Part shown: positions 39,100-49,093 of the stretch, in pieces
How the letters are laid out: every line of letters starts with the position of its first letter
Position numbering within the stretch: position 1 is the first letter of the stretch
Translations under genes and position numbers: made by a program
The notes under the pieces: generated by a model
The model's input: only the letters and a program-made list of their open reading frames with translations
What the model was told of the DNA's origin: nothing
Database searches by the model: none
Source of the DNA: Candidatus Pelearchaeum maunauluense
GTDB lineage: Archaea > Thermoproteota > Nitrososphaeria_A > Caldarchaeales > Caldarchaeaceae
Assembly: GCA_030059675.1 (NCBI GenBank)
Contig: JANVYQ010000003.1
Coordinates: 1-64,000 of the forward strand
DNA: 64,000 nucleotides
Reading direction: 5' to 3'

Positions 39100-41922
39100 T
39101 CACCCCAGTATTATGGTCATGTAGCGTAAGACCACCACTCCATCTTCTACCATTATCGCACCCACATTTAAGCTATCTCCCTCAAGCCAGTAGAGGACCC
39201 TGCCCAGCCCCTTCTCAGTGACCCAATTCTGGAGGAACTCGTCCAGTTTTGCCTTCACGTTCTCCACGTCTCCCTCACTTATTAGGCGCACAGACCCCTC
39301 GAAGAAGACGAGGTTGGCGTTTATCTCCTCGGGCTCCTCAACCCTGAGGCCAGAATCCCTGAGGTGCTTGAGGACTATCTCCAACCACTCCTCAAACGTA
39401 AGCTCCCTAGCCTCCGGTGCGCTGGCTCCAGCGAGCTTGTAGAGGAAGTTCCTGAACGCCTCTTCAACACTATCACCCAGGCCGACGAAATACTGGCCTG
39501 TGAAGGCCGCCCCAACCGCTGCCACCGTTCCTATCTGCGTAACTACCACGTCCTCAGCCCCCGCTGGAGCAGTGTAGACGGGGATTATATAGACTGGGTG
39601 CTGGCCTATGTTGTAGAGTATCCTCTCACCTATGCGTGGCGGGTTCTTAGGGTCTGTTGTGAGTAGCGTCTTGATTACTCTGAAATCGGGGTCGCGCTCA
39701 AGCGCCTGCTGCGCGGCCGTTGGGCCTAGGAGCTTCGTCTCTGACTCTGGTGGAACGGCGTAGAATATCATCTCACCAGTATAGGGGTAGTCGTTCCTCA
39801 CCAGGATATAGCCTGCCAAGTTCCTGCCCTGCGCTCCCCTTACTTCAAGCGAGAGAAGACCAAGAAACTCCATCTTGCTAAAGCCCTGCGGCTTCTCCAT
39901 AATATAATACACGCTAAGCCCCTGCGGCACCTCGTAAAACTCGCGAGCCTGGATAAACGTGGCTGGGTCGGTAACGTGATAGATGTTGAACATCTCCACA
40001 CGCCACCTAAAGAGCTCGGCAGGATACCTAATCTGATTCCTCAACCACTCAGGTACCTCCGTAGTTATGTAATCTGAATAAACCGTCTTGAAGAGCTGGG
40101 AGAAGAAGTCATCACCAGTTACTATGATGTTTATAGTCCCGTCATACGCGTCTACGAGTGCGAAGCCTAGGAGGCGTGTGAAGGGGTTGCTGCGGGACCA
40201 TGGTAGGTTGTCTGTCTTTAGGGCGACGATTAGTGGTACGAGCCAGTTGGCGCGCTCGCCGTTGGTTACGGGCAGCATGTCCACCAGCCTCCCGTCTTGC
40301 CAGCGGTAAGCGAAGTAGGGAAGTACTAGCTGCACCCGTTCATGGACATCGCGGTAACGGAGTAGGTGTATTGTTCTATCAGGGTAGCTTAAGAAGAAGG
40401 TTATGTCAAATATCCAGCTCAGTGGCGGGGATACCTTAACCCCACCACGCCCATCGTAGCGCACACCACCTATCTCATCTGAGTTCTCCTTTCCCTCAAT
40501 AATCGCAGCCCAGGTAGTGCTGAACAAGCTATCTGCACCGCCCTCGCCATAGTATATGCGGCGCTCGCGGAAGAAGAGGCCAGGGTCAACCACGTCACCA
40601 GTATGTGCGTTAAGCATTAGGAAGCCCTCTGGAATGTGAGTATAAACTAGGTGCTCGTTATACCATAAGTCTGCGGCCGTTACCGTGGGGGGCAGTACAG
40701 GCTTCATAGAGGCGCTCCAGTATAGGGTGTTGTTGAACCGTAGAATGTCTGAGTCCTCAAACTGGACGTAGGGTATCAATCCTATCTCTGGCTTGAGCTT
40801 GGCGAACGCGGCGTCCCAGCCCCAGAGACTGACCCGCGAGAGTATATCCATATTGCTCTCTATGTAGCTGTCTATATTCTCAGGGGGTATGGTAACGAGG
40901 CTGAAGTTATACGTCATTATCTTTATGTCGTCAAGCCGCGCCAGGTAGCGGTTTACCGCTATCTCCTGCGAGACATACGGGCCCTGCCACTCAAGCTTCT
41001 GGGCATCGGCTATGCTGTTCTGGATTGTTACCGCAGATGCAACAGCTAGCGCTATTAATATGAGCGCACCTGCCCTGAGGTAGATATTCCGCATAACAGG
41101 CATCTTACGCGAGTCCCAGTAAGCGAATAATGCGAATATCGCCGAAGTTACGAAGGCTGCGGTGATGAATATCTTTGTGTTGAAGTTTATGTAGTTTGAG
41201 AAGAAGATGTTAAATCCAGTCCAGGCGAGGCCTAGGCTGATTAATGCTTCTATCGTTGATGTCTTTATCGTAGCTACGCCTGTCTCTATAAATGAGATTA
41301 CCGTGTGTGTTATTACCTTGATTATCTGAGTCAGCCCTATCAGGAGTATGAGTCTTATCCCTATGGCGCTTAGTATAGGTGGTATTAGCAGAGTTAAAGC
41401 TGGCGCAGCCTTTATCACCGTCTCAGCCCCCGTTGCTGAGCGCTGCTCAAACGTCGTGAAGGGCAGGCTGAAAATTCCTGGAACATGCTGGAGGCCAGAA
41501 TCCCAGCCGCTGATACTTGCTATAAGCGTCATCCCAAAGAGGGCGTTGGACATTATCAGGGAGCCTATGAGTACCTTGGTTATCTGCCACATGACGAAGG
41601 TGGTGGGCTGCAGCCTGAAGCGCTCAAAGTTGAAGGGCCGCGGATGGAATAGCCCTCCGCGCATGCTGGCGAGGAATGTACGAAGAGCCCATAGAGTGAG
41701 GGATTTCCTGTCTCTTATGTTGAAACGGACAAACGCTATAACCGCTAGAATCAGCCCGCCCACATAGCTGAGGAAGAACGGCCTGATATACAGGTCGCCG
41801 AACTCGCTTATGTTTAGAAAGACTTGTAGTAGCTGGTTTCCGATGAGAGAGAAGAGTAGGGCAAAGATGATGAAAGAGACTATCCAGATAATCGCCCTAC
41901 CCCTACGCCTATCTTCATACAT
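39100..41922 (-). CDS. UPF0182 family membrane protein
   Basis: N-terminal TM bundle; WYNEHLVYTH, RIYYGE, RYP.ELF, YHV.DP..F, PVY motifs. Confidence 0.85.
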   Translation of the reverse strand: MYEDRRRGRAIIWIVSFIIFALLFSLIGNQLLQVFLNISEFGDLYIRPFFLSYVGGLILAVIAFVRFNIRDRKSLTLWALRTFLASMRGGLFHPRPFNFERFRLQPTTFVMWQITKVLIGSLIMSNALFGMTLIASISGWDSGLQHVPGIFSLPFTTFEQRSATGAETVIKAAPALTLLIPPILSAIGIRLILLIGLTQIIKVITHTVISFIETGVATIKTSTIEALISLGLAWTGFNIFFSNYINFNTKIFITAAFVTSAIFALFAYWDSRKMPVMRNIYLRAGALILIALAVASAVTIQNSIADAQKLEWQGPYVSQEIAVNRYLARLDDIKIMTYNFSLVTIPPENIDSYIESNMDILSRVSLWGWDAAFAKLKPEIGLIPYVQFEDSDILRFNNTLYWSASMKPVLPPTVTAADLWYNEHLVYTHIPEGFLMLNAHTGDVVDPGLFFRERRIYYGEGGADSLFSTTWAAIIEGKENSDEIGGVRYDGRGGVKVSPPLSWIFDITFFLSYPDRTIHLLRYRDVHERVQLVLPYFAYRWQDGRLVDMLPVTNGERANWLVPLIVALKTDNLPWSRSNPFTRLLGFALVDAYDGTINIIVTGDDFFSQLFKTVYSDYITTEVPEWLRNQIRYPAELFRWRVEMFNIYHVTDPATFIQAREFYEVPQGLSVYYIMEKPQGFSKMEFLGLLSLEVRGAQGRNLAGYILVRNDYPYTGEMIFYAVPPESETKLLGPTAAQQALERDPDFRVIKTLLTTDPKNPPRIGERILYNIGQHPVYIIPVYTAPAGAEDVVVTQIGTVAAVGAAFTGQYFVGLGDSVEEAFRNFLYKLAGASAPEARELTFEEWLEIVLKHLRDSGLRVEEPEEINANLVFFEGSVRLISEGDVENVKAKLDEFLQNWVTEKGLGRVLYWLEGDSLNVGAIMVEDGVVVLRYMTIILG

Positions 41923-41988
41923 CTACTGTTCAGCCAACTTTTAGCCATGCTAATTGGCGACATTATAAGGTTTGACCAGAAATAGGGG

Positions 41989-42768
41989 CTATTTTCTCCT
42001 GATTTGCGTTGCGTCGTTCCAGAGGTATCCGAAGTAGTTTCTAGCATATTTTGCCAGGCCAGGATGGTCTGACCATATAGCTAGGAGAAGGCCGCTCCCA
42101 TCATCACCAGAGAAGACTATCACAACCTCGCGCGAATCCGCTATAACACCGCCTCCAAACATCTGGTCCCTAACACGAACCTCAGCAACATCAAGCAACT
42201 TTGTCAAGAAGGACTGCTCAACAGTGTTGGAAACCATTATCTGAACCTGACATCCGCGCGTGTGCGCTGCGCCAGCTATTGACTGAATCATCATAACTAT
42301 CCCCTTGTTTAGCGCTGGTGCTGCTATGAGTAGCTCCTGCTCACAGCGTGTAGATACGTCGCGGATAGTCTCCATGATGCTGGCCTCGCCCCTCAGTATC
42401 CATATATCAGGCCTCTCCTTGGCTCCTCTCTTCTCGTATATCGGCATAAGCTCGCTCAGGATGGTCTCCTCATTCCCCCTAAGCCGCTTCTCGAGCCTTA
42501 GACGCAGCGACTCCAGCGCCGTGGCTGGGGATTTGGGAACATATCTAGCGGGCCTACCGCCGTGTGTTTCAATAAATCCCTTCTCGTCAAGCGCACCCAA
42601 AACCTCATAAACCTTAGAATACGGCACCTGCGCCGCCTCACTAATCTCGCTAGCCGTCATCGGGCCATTCTCCACCAACGTTATGTAAGTCCTGCTCTCA
42701 TACTCAGTAAGGCCCAACTCCTGCAGCGCCTTCCTTACCCGCTCCCTAACAGAGGATTGCTGTGACAT
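41989..42768 (-). CDS. TrmB family transcriptional regulator
   Basis: LGLTEYESRTY..L, VPYSKVYEVL..L.EKGF, GRPARY. Confidence 0.92.
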   Translation of the reverse strand: MSQQSSVRERVRKALQELGLTEYESRTYITLVENGPMTASEISEAAQVPYSKVYEVLGALDEKGFIETHGGRPARYVPKSPATALESLRLRLEKRLRGNEETILSELMPIYEKRGAKERPDIWILRGEASIMETIRDVSTRCEQELLIAAPALNKGIVMMIQSIAGAAHTRGCQVQIMVSNTVEQSFLTKLLDVAEVRVRDQMFGGGVIADSREVVIVFSGDDGSGLLLAIWSDHPGLAKYARNYFGYLWNDATQIRRK

Positions 42769-42842
42769 GGCTGAGCCGCCTCTATCTCACTATCCCACTC
42801 AAGCAATTTGTTATAAGGTTAAGGACTTGACAAAACATATGC

Positions 42843-43358
42843 TTAGGTCTCGATTCTGAAGAAACGTATGACCGCCTTAAGGAGAGCATACCCAGCCAAG
42901 ACTATCGCTATAATTGAGCCAGTTAAGACGCCGAGCCATGTATAGACGATTCCTGGGACGACGATTCCAAAGAGCTGGGTGTCTGGTATGTTGAGGAGTA
43001 GCTGTAAGTATGTTCCTACTATGAATGTTATTATGAGCGCCTGCACCACGGTGGCGACAAGTAGTTTTCCACGGAAACGAAAGTTCGCGGCCATTTTCCA
43101 TGCAACGTAGGTGGCGACGAGATTCGCTAGTGTTCCGCCAACTATATCCACAACCCCCAGCGGGCTAACGCTGTTAGCTACCAAAGTCCCGATGGTAATC
43201 CCCACCACCGCCGGCAGGCCAAAGACCATCGAGAGGGGAAGAAGCATATCAGCAACCCTCACCTGCACAACCTCAAAGCTTATCCCAGCCAGCCCTATAA
43301 CCCCAGCCGCGTATAATGCAGCCAGCAAAGCGGCGGTAGAGATATCCCGTAGCTTCAT
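42843..43358 (-). CDS. QueT-family ECF transporter S component
   Basis: AALYA, SFEVVQVRVAD.L, G..IGT.VAN..SPLGVVDIVGG. Confidence 0.85.
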   Translation of the reverse strand: MKLRDISTAALLAALYAAGVIGLAGISFEVVQVRVADMLLPLSMVFGLPAVVGITIGTLVANSVSPLGVVDIVGGTLANLVATYVAWKMAANFRFRGKLLVATVVQALIITFIVGTYLQLLLNIPDTQLFGIVVPGIVYTWLGVLTGSIIAIVLAGYALLKAVIRFFRIET

Positions 43359-43504
43359 ACCAGAAATCCAAAACCATCCAACCAGACCCAAATAAAAAAC
43401 TGTCTTCTCCCCAGCCGTCTACATACTCTCTTTATCAGGGTTATTCGTATGGAAATCCTTATTAAAAGCCCCACAGGCCTCGCCGCCTGGAAGTGAAGAT
43501 AGAG

Positions 43505-45190
43505 ATGGCAGTTATAACCGAGTCTGAGATTCTCCAGAAAAGCAAGAAGAAGCTTGTTACGAAGACTAGAAGTATATGCCCTGAGTGCAACAGGATACTC
43601 CCTGCCGACGTGGTAGAGGAGGATGGTAAGATTAAGATTTACAAAACATGCCCCAAGCATGGAGAGTTTGACGACCTATACTTCGGAGATGCCGAGATGT
43701 ACTACAAGTTCGCCCGCTGGCTCCATGATGGCAAGGGCACAGGCAACCCGAATGTCGAGATGCCCAAGTGCGCGTGCCCAGCCAACTGCGGGCTGTGCAG
43801 CAGCCACCTAAGCCACTCAGGACTAGCCAACCTCGTAATCACAAATCGCTGCGACCTACACTGCTGGTATTGCTTCTTCTACGCTGAGAAGGCTGGCTAC
43901 ATCTATGAGCCGACGCTAGAACAGATACGCGAGATGGCCGAGGCGCTGAAGGCGGAGCGACCAGTTCCAGGCAACTCCATACAAATCACGGGAGGCGAGC
44001 CTACGCTCCGCGACGACCTGCCAGAGATAATACGGATAATCAAACAAGCGGGTGTTGACCATGTACAGCTAAACACAAACGGGATAAGGCTGAGCCATGA
44101 CTTGGAGTACTTCAGGAAGCTGAAGGAGGCAGGCGTAAGCAACCTTTACATGAGCTTTGACGGCGTAACCCCGAAGACAAACCCGAAGAACCACTGGGAA
44201 GTGCCTAAGGTTCTTGAGAACGCACGTAAGGTGGGCGTGGGTATAGTTCTGGTCCCCACAGTTATCAAGAGCGTGAACGACCACGAGCTTGGAGACATAA
44301 TCAGGTTTGGCTTTAAGAATATAGACGTGATAAGGGCCGTGAACTTCCAGCCCGTCTCGCTCACGGGTAGGATGCCCAAGAAAGAGCGCGAGAAGTATAG
44401 GATAACTATACCCGACTGCATAATTAGGATAGAGGAGCAGACTAATGGGGAGATACCGCGCGACGCCTGGTTCCCAGTACCAGCATGCACACCGCTGACA
44501 CACTTCATAGAAGCGCTCACAAGAAGAGCGCACTACGAGCTGAGCATCCACTTCGCCTGCGGCGCGGGAACATACGTCTTCAAAGATGGAGACAGGATGA
44601 TACCGATAACCGAGTTCGTCGACATCGAGGGACTAATCAAATACCTACAAGACAAGACAGAAGAGATAGAAGCCGGAAAGAATAGGTGGTGGGTGGCTAC
44701 CAAAGTTCTATTCAACCTAGGTAAATTCATCAACGAGAAGAAACAGCCAAGCGGAATGAACCTAAAGCACATGCTCTACGACATCATGATAAAACACGAC
44801 TACAGCAGCGTGGGTAAATGGCACCTACGCAGTATGTTCCTAGGAATGATGCACTTCATGGACAAGTACAACCATGATGAGGAGCGGTTAAGACGGTGTG
44901 ACATACACTACCTAACGCCAGACCGTCGCATAATACCCTTCTGCGCCTTCAACGTAATCCCAGAGTGGTATCGTGATAGGATACAAGCCCAGTACGGAAT
45001 ACCTATTGAGGAGTGGGAGCGCAGGACCGGTAGGAAGCTTAAGGACGACTTTTACAAGCGTAAGCTACCGACAAAACAAACAACAGTTCCAACGGCCTCC
45101 ACTAAAACGGCTGGATTCGGAGGAATGAAGCAAATACCAGTAATCCAAGGAGGATCTTCCGAGGAAGGAGGCTGCGGATGCGGCCATTAA
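43505..45190 (+). CDS. tes: Tetraether lipid synthase (GDGT-forming radical SAM enzyme, MJ0619 family)
   Basis: N-terminal SICPEC...CPKHG, CPANCGLC..H, TNRCDLHCWYCF, NFQPVSLTGR, RCDIHY..IIPFCAFN. Confidence 0.9.
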   Translation: MAVITESEILQKSKKKLVTKTRSICPECNRILPADVVEEDGKIKIYKTCPKHGEFDDLYFGDAEMYYKFARWLHDGKGTGNPNVEMPKCACPANCGLCSSHLSHSGLANLVITNRCDLHCWYCFFYAEKAGYIYEPTLEQIREMAEALKAERPVPGNSIQITGGEPTLRDDLPEIIRIIKQAGVDHVQLNTNGIRLSHDLEYFRKLKEAGVSNLYMSFDGVTPKTNPKNHWEVPKVLENARKVGVGIVLVPTVIKSVNDHELGDIIRFGFKNIDVIRAVNFQPVSLTGRMPKKEREKYRITIPDCIIRIEEQTNGEIPRDAWFPVPACTPLTHFIEALTRRAHYELSIHFACGAGTYVFKDGDRMIPITEFVDIEGLIKYLQDKTEEIEAGKNRWWVATKVLFNLGKFINEKKQPSGMNLKHMLYDIMIKHDYSSVGKWHLRSMFLGMMHFMDKYNHDEERLRRCDIHYLTPDRRIIPFCAFNVIPEWYRDRIQAQYGIPIEEWERRTGRKLKDDFYKRKLPTKQTTVPTASTKTAGFGGMKQIPVIQGGSSEEGGCGCGH

Positions 45191-45245
45191 CTAAATCCTT
45201 ATTTTCCTCGATAATATAAAAGAATTTTTTGGAGTATTTTCAGCT

Positions 45246-46146
45246 CTAGGGGAGCTCAACCCAGTCATCTAGGAAGGAACGCGCGTGCTGTGTGTCAACG
45301 CGGTAGGCGAATGCGGAGCCCATGCAGTTTGCGTTTAAGACGAATAAGTTGACGCCTACTATCACTTCTTCTCCTGTTTCTGTTTTGTGGATTACGGGGC
45401 CTCCTGAGTCTCCGAAGCATGTTCCTCCTGAGCCTGTTCCTAGTCCTGGGTCGTTGGTGTATTGTATGTTGAATCCATCGTTGAGCGCGCTGCGCAGGTC
45501 TATGAGCATTACTTCACCCACGTAACGGGTTCGTTCTGCTTGGAGGAATGGCCTTACTGACTGAAGTCCATAGCCTACTACTGTGAAATGAACCTCTTGG
45601 AGCCCTCTTCGCGTGGCTAGAGCGTCCAAATAGCCTTCGGGGGCTAGCTTTCCATATTCTGGCAGATCTATCTCCTCGTCAAAGATTATTAGACCAACAT
45701 CATGGGTGTCGGGTATGGTTAGTCTTCCCGTCCACTCAGGATGTGCTATAGGTGTGCCTATCTCTCCTCCGCCGCATGGGTATCCTGCCACATCTGGCGT
45801 GCATGGTTCTCCAGGCTCCCAGTCAGGGTCAAGTTCTATGGGTCCTACTTCAAACCATACCTGCGCGTGTGTGGGTATTATGTCTAAGTCTGGGTCGTAG
45901 CCTGCGCAGTGGCCCGCAGTTAGGAATATGTTGGGCGCTATCTGCGCGCCGCTACACCTCCAATAGGGGTATTAGGTTTCCTTCCTCGTCGGTGGTGTAG
46001 AAGACCGCCAGCCCGACGTATGGGTATCTATTGTCAGAGTCGGGCTCCCCAAACTGTATAGCCAGGACACTGCCCTGCGCTAGGGCTGCCAACGTCAACG
46101 CTGCTATAACAAGCGATATGGGTAGCTGTTTTCCAAAGTTTTTCAT
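45246..46146 (-). pseudogene. Secreted trypsin-like (S1) serine protease, single +1 frameshift near 45962
   Basis: Signal peptide + IQFGEPD; after the shift WRCSG..LTAGHC, HDVG and TCFGDSGGP give an intact triad. Confidence 0.85.
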
Positions 46147-46220
46147 ATTAGCTATTTTAATTTCATGAATCCTTTATAAAATTTTATAATAAAACCACAA
46201 ACTTGATTATCGTTATATTG

Positions 46221-47189
46221 CTATTTCCGCGCTGTATGCCTTTTCGTGAGAGGCGGTAGGTCTGCTAACGTGGCTAATCCTACTCCTGTTTTGTGTATTA
46301 GTTTCGCTACGTTGAGTATTACTGAAGCCGTCGCTATATCTCCTGGTGTTCCGCTGCTTCTCCACGTTATGCTCGGCTCCCCCTCTATTCTTATCTCATC
46401 ATACTCCTCGTTATCCAGCCTGGCTACGAATCTAAGCCTTATCTGTATATTCTCCTTTGTTATGGCTTCTGCGATTCCCTGAAGACCCAAGGCCCGCCCA
46501 TCATCGCCCAGCAATGGTTTCTGCTCTTCATGAACATTTACGAGCTCCAGATTCAGCAGATGTGCGAGAAGAGCTATGGATTCTGCATACCCTACGTGGC
46601 CTGTAATCTTCCCAGAGTTCATTAACTCCATCCATTCATTCTCCGAAAGCCCTATTCCGATTTTCTTTTGGAAGCTTTGCCTACGTCTTGAAGCGTCAAG
46701 ACTTCGCGTTATGCTAATTGATTTTATCTCGTGGCATGGTGTTGTGAGTATTGCTGGCAGGTAGTCAAAGAGGAATCCTGGGTTTATGCCAGCTCCTACT
46801 ATTCTTGCCCCTCCTTTCTTTGCTTCTTCATTAAGCTGTGCTGCTAGTGATGGGTAGCGATAATAGGGATAGACTAGCGTCTCGCATGTTGATACTACAT
46901 CAACACCGAGCTTGGCGCATAGGCTTAGCTGCGGATATACCCTATCCAAGTAGCTGCCTGTGGCGTGTATTACTACGTCGGGCTTGGTTCCTTCAATAAC
47001 CCTCTCAGCATCACCATCGATTTTAACACCCATATCTCCTATCCTTAATACTTCACCGACATCTGCGCCCACTAAAGATGGATTAACATCAATCACCCCG
47101 ACGCATCTAAATCCCTGTCTCAACGCCAGAGCTGTTATAAGCCGTCCTATCTCACCAAAGCCATACATAACGAAAGTTTGGGGCTCCAT
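46221..47189 (-). CDS. NAD(P)-dependent amine dehydrogenase, DapB-like/2,4-diaminopentanoate dehydrogenase family
   Basis: GFGEIG Rossmann motif, HATGSY, STCE, GINPGF, GDIAT. Confidence 0.75.
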   Translation of the reverse strand: MEPQTFVMYGFGEIGRLITALALRQGFRCVGVIDVNPSLVGADVGEVLRIGDMGVKIDGDAERVIEGTKPDVVIHATGSYLDRVYPQLSLCAKLGVDVVSTCETLVYPYYRYPSLAAQLNEEAKKGGARIVGAGINPGFLFDYLPAILTTPCHEIKSISITRSLDASRRRQSFQKKIGIGLSENEWMELMNSGKITGHVGYAESIALLAHLLNLELVNVHEEQKPLLGDDGRALGLQGIAEAITKENIQIRLRFVARLDNEEYDEIRIEGEPSITWRSSGTPGDIATASVILNVAKLIHKTGVGLATLADLPPLTKRHTARK

Positions 47190-47468
47190 AACTACCGCTC
47201 CACCACACCCTTATTAAATAATAAAAATAATTCTTAACTACGTTGGAAATCCGCCGTAAGAGAGTTCTCTGGCCTCATCTTATATGGTGGAATCTGAACA
47301 GAGTCGTTTTAAGTAGTGATTCTACGTTAAATGGAGTTTTTTTACATTTTTTGGTTAAATGCGGGAAAAATCAACTTTGTGATTCTATCTAGGTGTTTTC
47401 ATGGATAAATTATGGTGGTTGTTTGTTGGTGCGGGATGGTGATTGGCAAGGAGAAGGCTGGTGGAGGC

Positions 47469-47825
47469 ATGATGCGGGTAGTGGGAAAGCACGTATATGG
47501 AAATCTCTATGACTGTGATTCATCCATCATTAATGATGAGCGAAGGCTTGTTCAGGTGGTTAGAGAAGCGGCCGAGATAGCCAACGCTACACTAGTGGAG
47601 GTATATTCATGGAGTTTCGGAGGAGACATGGGCGGAATCTCGGTAATAGCGCTGGTCAAAGAAAGCCATATAGCACTACACTCATGGAGCAGATACAATT
47701 ACGCAACTCTAGACGTATATACCTGTGGAGAGCACACCAACCCAGAAAAAGGATTTGACTACATAGTTGAAGCGTTAAAGCCCAGGAAAGTAGTTAAACA
47801 TGAGGCAAAGCGCTCATTAGAGTAA
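47469..47825 (+). CDS. Pyruvoyl-dependent decarboxylase proenzyme, AdoMetDC family, crenarchaeal arginine decarboxylase type
   Basis: GKHVYGNLY, WSFGG..GG.SVIALV.E/SHIALH, YATLDVYTCG. Confidence 0.8.
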   Translation: MMRVVGKHVYGNLYDCDSSIINDERRLVQVVREAAEIANATLVEVYSWSFGGDMGGISVIALVKESHIALHSWSRYNYATLDVYTCGEHTNPEKGFDYIVEALKPRKVVKHEAKRSLE

Positions 47826-47827
47826 TT

Positions 47828-48982
47828 TCACATTATAGCACCTTCCCTCTTTAAGGCTGTTATCTCCTCATTACCCATGCCGAGCATTCTAAGCACTTCC
47901 TCAGTATGTTCTCCGAGTTCGGGAGCATGCGCTGTTATTTCTTCGCTTCTTATACATGATGGTGTTGAGAGTATCGTAACTGGTCCAAGATTTGGATAAT
48001 CTTTACTGAATACTATATCCCTCTCAGCTACCAGCTCGCTCTTAAGCGCTTCATCAAGCTCTAGAACAGGAGCGAAGCACTCCACCTTGGAGTAAAGAAT
48101 CTCAACCCATTCTTCAAGGCTCTTCGTCCTAAATAGCTGGCGTAGCTCTTCGGTTGCTTTACTGTCGTATTGTTTTTCTATGAGGTCTTCCCTGCCTACT
48201 GTCTTACAGAACTTCTCCCATATATGCGGTTCTAGGGGCATTCCTAGAGTTATGTATCGCCCATCCTTCGTCTCATATACGTTATAGCATGGTAAGCCAC
48301 CCATCAATACATGCTCCCCACCCCGCGGCACTTTACCGCTTGCTAGATACTCAGCAATGAAGAGAGATATGAATGGAAATACGCTCTCAAACATCGTTAT
48401 GTCTAGCTGTTTCCCCCTGCCGCTTACTTGCCTCTCCAGAAGAGCTGAAAGTATTCCCAGCACTGCCGTTAATGCTGTGGCGAAATCAGCCAATAATACA
48501 CCAGGAACTATAGGCCTGCCGTTCTCCTGTTTCATCATGCCTAAAGCGCCTGTAAGCGCCATGATGTTTATATCGTGAGCGGAAAGCCCAGAATACTTAC
48601 CTCCATAACCAAATGCGGAGATTGAGCAGTAAATAATCCGTTCATTCAGTTTCCTAATTGATTCATAATCAATCCCTAGTCGTCTGGTTGTGGATGGATT
48701 AAAACCAATGATCACTATGTCCGAAACTTGGCATAACCTATAGAATATGTCGCGCCCAGCTTTTGATTTTAAATTGATGGCTATACTCTTCTTACCCCTA
48801 TTAACAATAAGATGTAAGATACTAACATCTCCACGTATTGCGAGTTTTCTAGTTGTATCGCCGACTCCTGGTTGCTCTATCTTTATAACCTCTGCACCAA
48901 GCTCTGCAAGAAGTAGTGTAGCGTAACTCCATGGTGGCATGTTTGTAAGGTCCAGCACCCTCACCCTGCTAAGCGGCCTCAT
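47828..48982 (-). CDS. Family III CoA-transferase (CaiB/BaiF)
   Basis: RVLDL, LGAEVIKIE, NRGKKS, APELGEHTEEVL. Confidence 0.88.
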   Translation of the reverse strand: MRPLSRVRVLDLTNMPPWSYATLLLAELGAEVIKIEQPGVGDTTRKLAIRGDVSILHLIVNRGKKSIAINLKSKAGRDIFYRLCQVSDIVIIGFNPSTTRRLGIDYESIRKLNERIIYCSISAFGYGGKYSGLSAHDINIMALTGALGMMKQENGRPIVPGVLLADFATALTAVLGILSALLERQVSGRGKQLDITMFESVFPFISLFIAEYLASGKVPRGGEHVLMGGLPCYNVYETKDGRYITLGMPLEPHIWEKFCKTVGREDLIEKQYDSKATEELRQLFRTKSLEEWVEILYSKVECFAPVLELDEALKSELVAERDIVFSKDYPNLGPVTILSTPSCIRSEEITAHAPELGEHTEEVLRMLGMGNEEITALKREGAIM

Positions 48983-49093
48983 GCGAGATGAATCAGTAAC
49001 TACTATCGCATATTAGCATAATGAAAATTAACAGCGTTATTTCTCTATAGTTGGAGTCTAAATACTTAAAGCGTATAAGACATTCCACACTTA

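Noticed and set aside
47310-47395. Repeated GTGATTCTA in the intergenic region upstream of the decarboxylase
   Set aside because: Only two 9-mer copies with no palindrome; insufficient to call an operator
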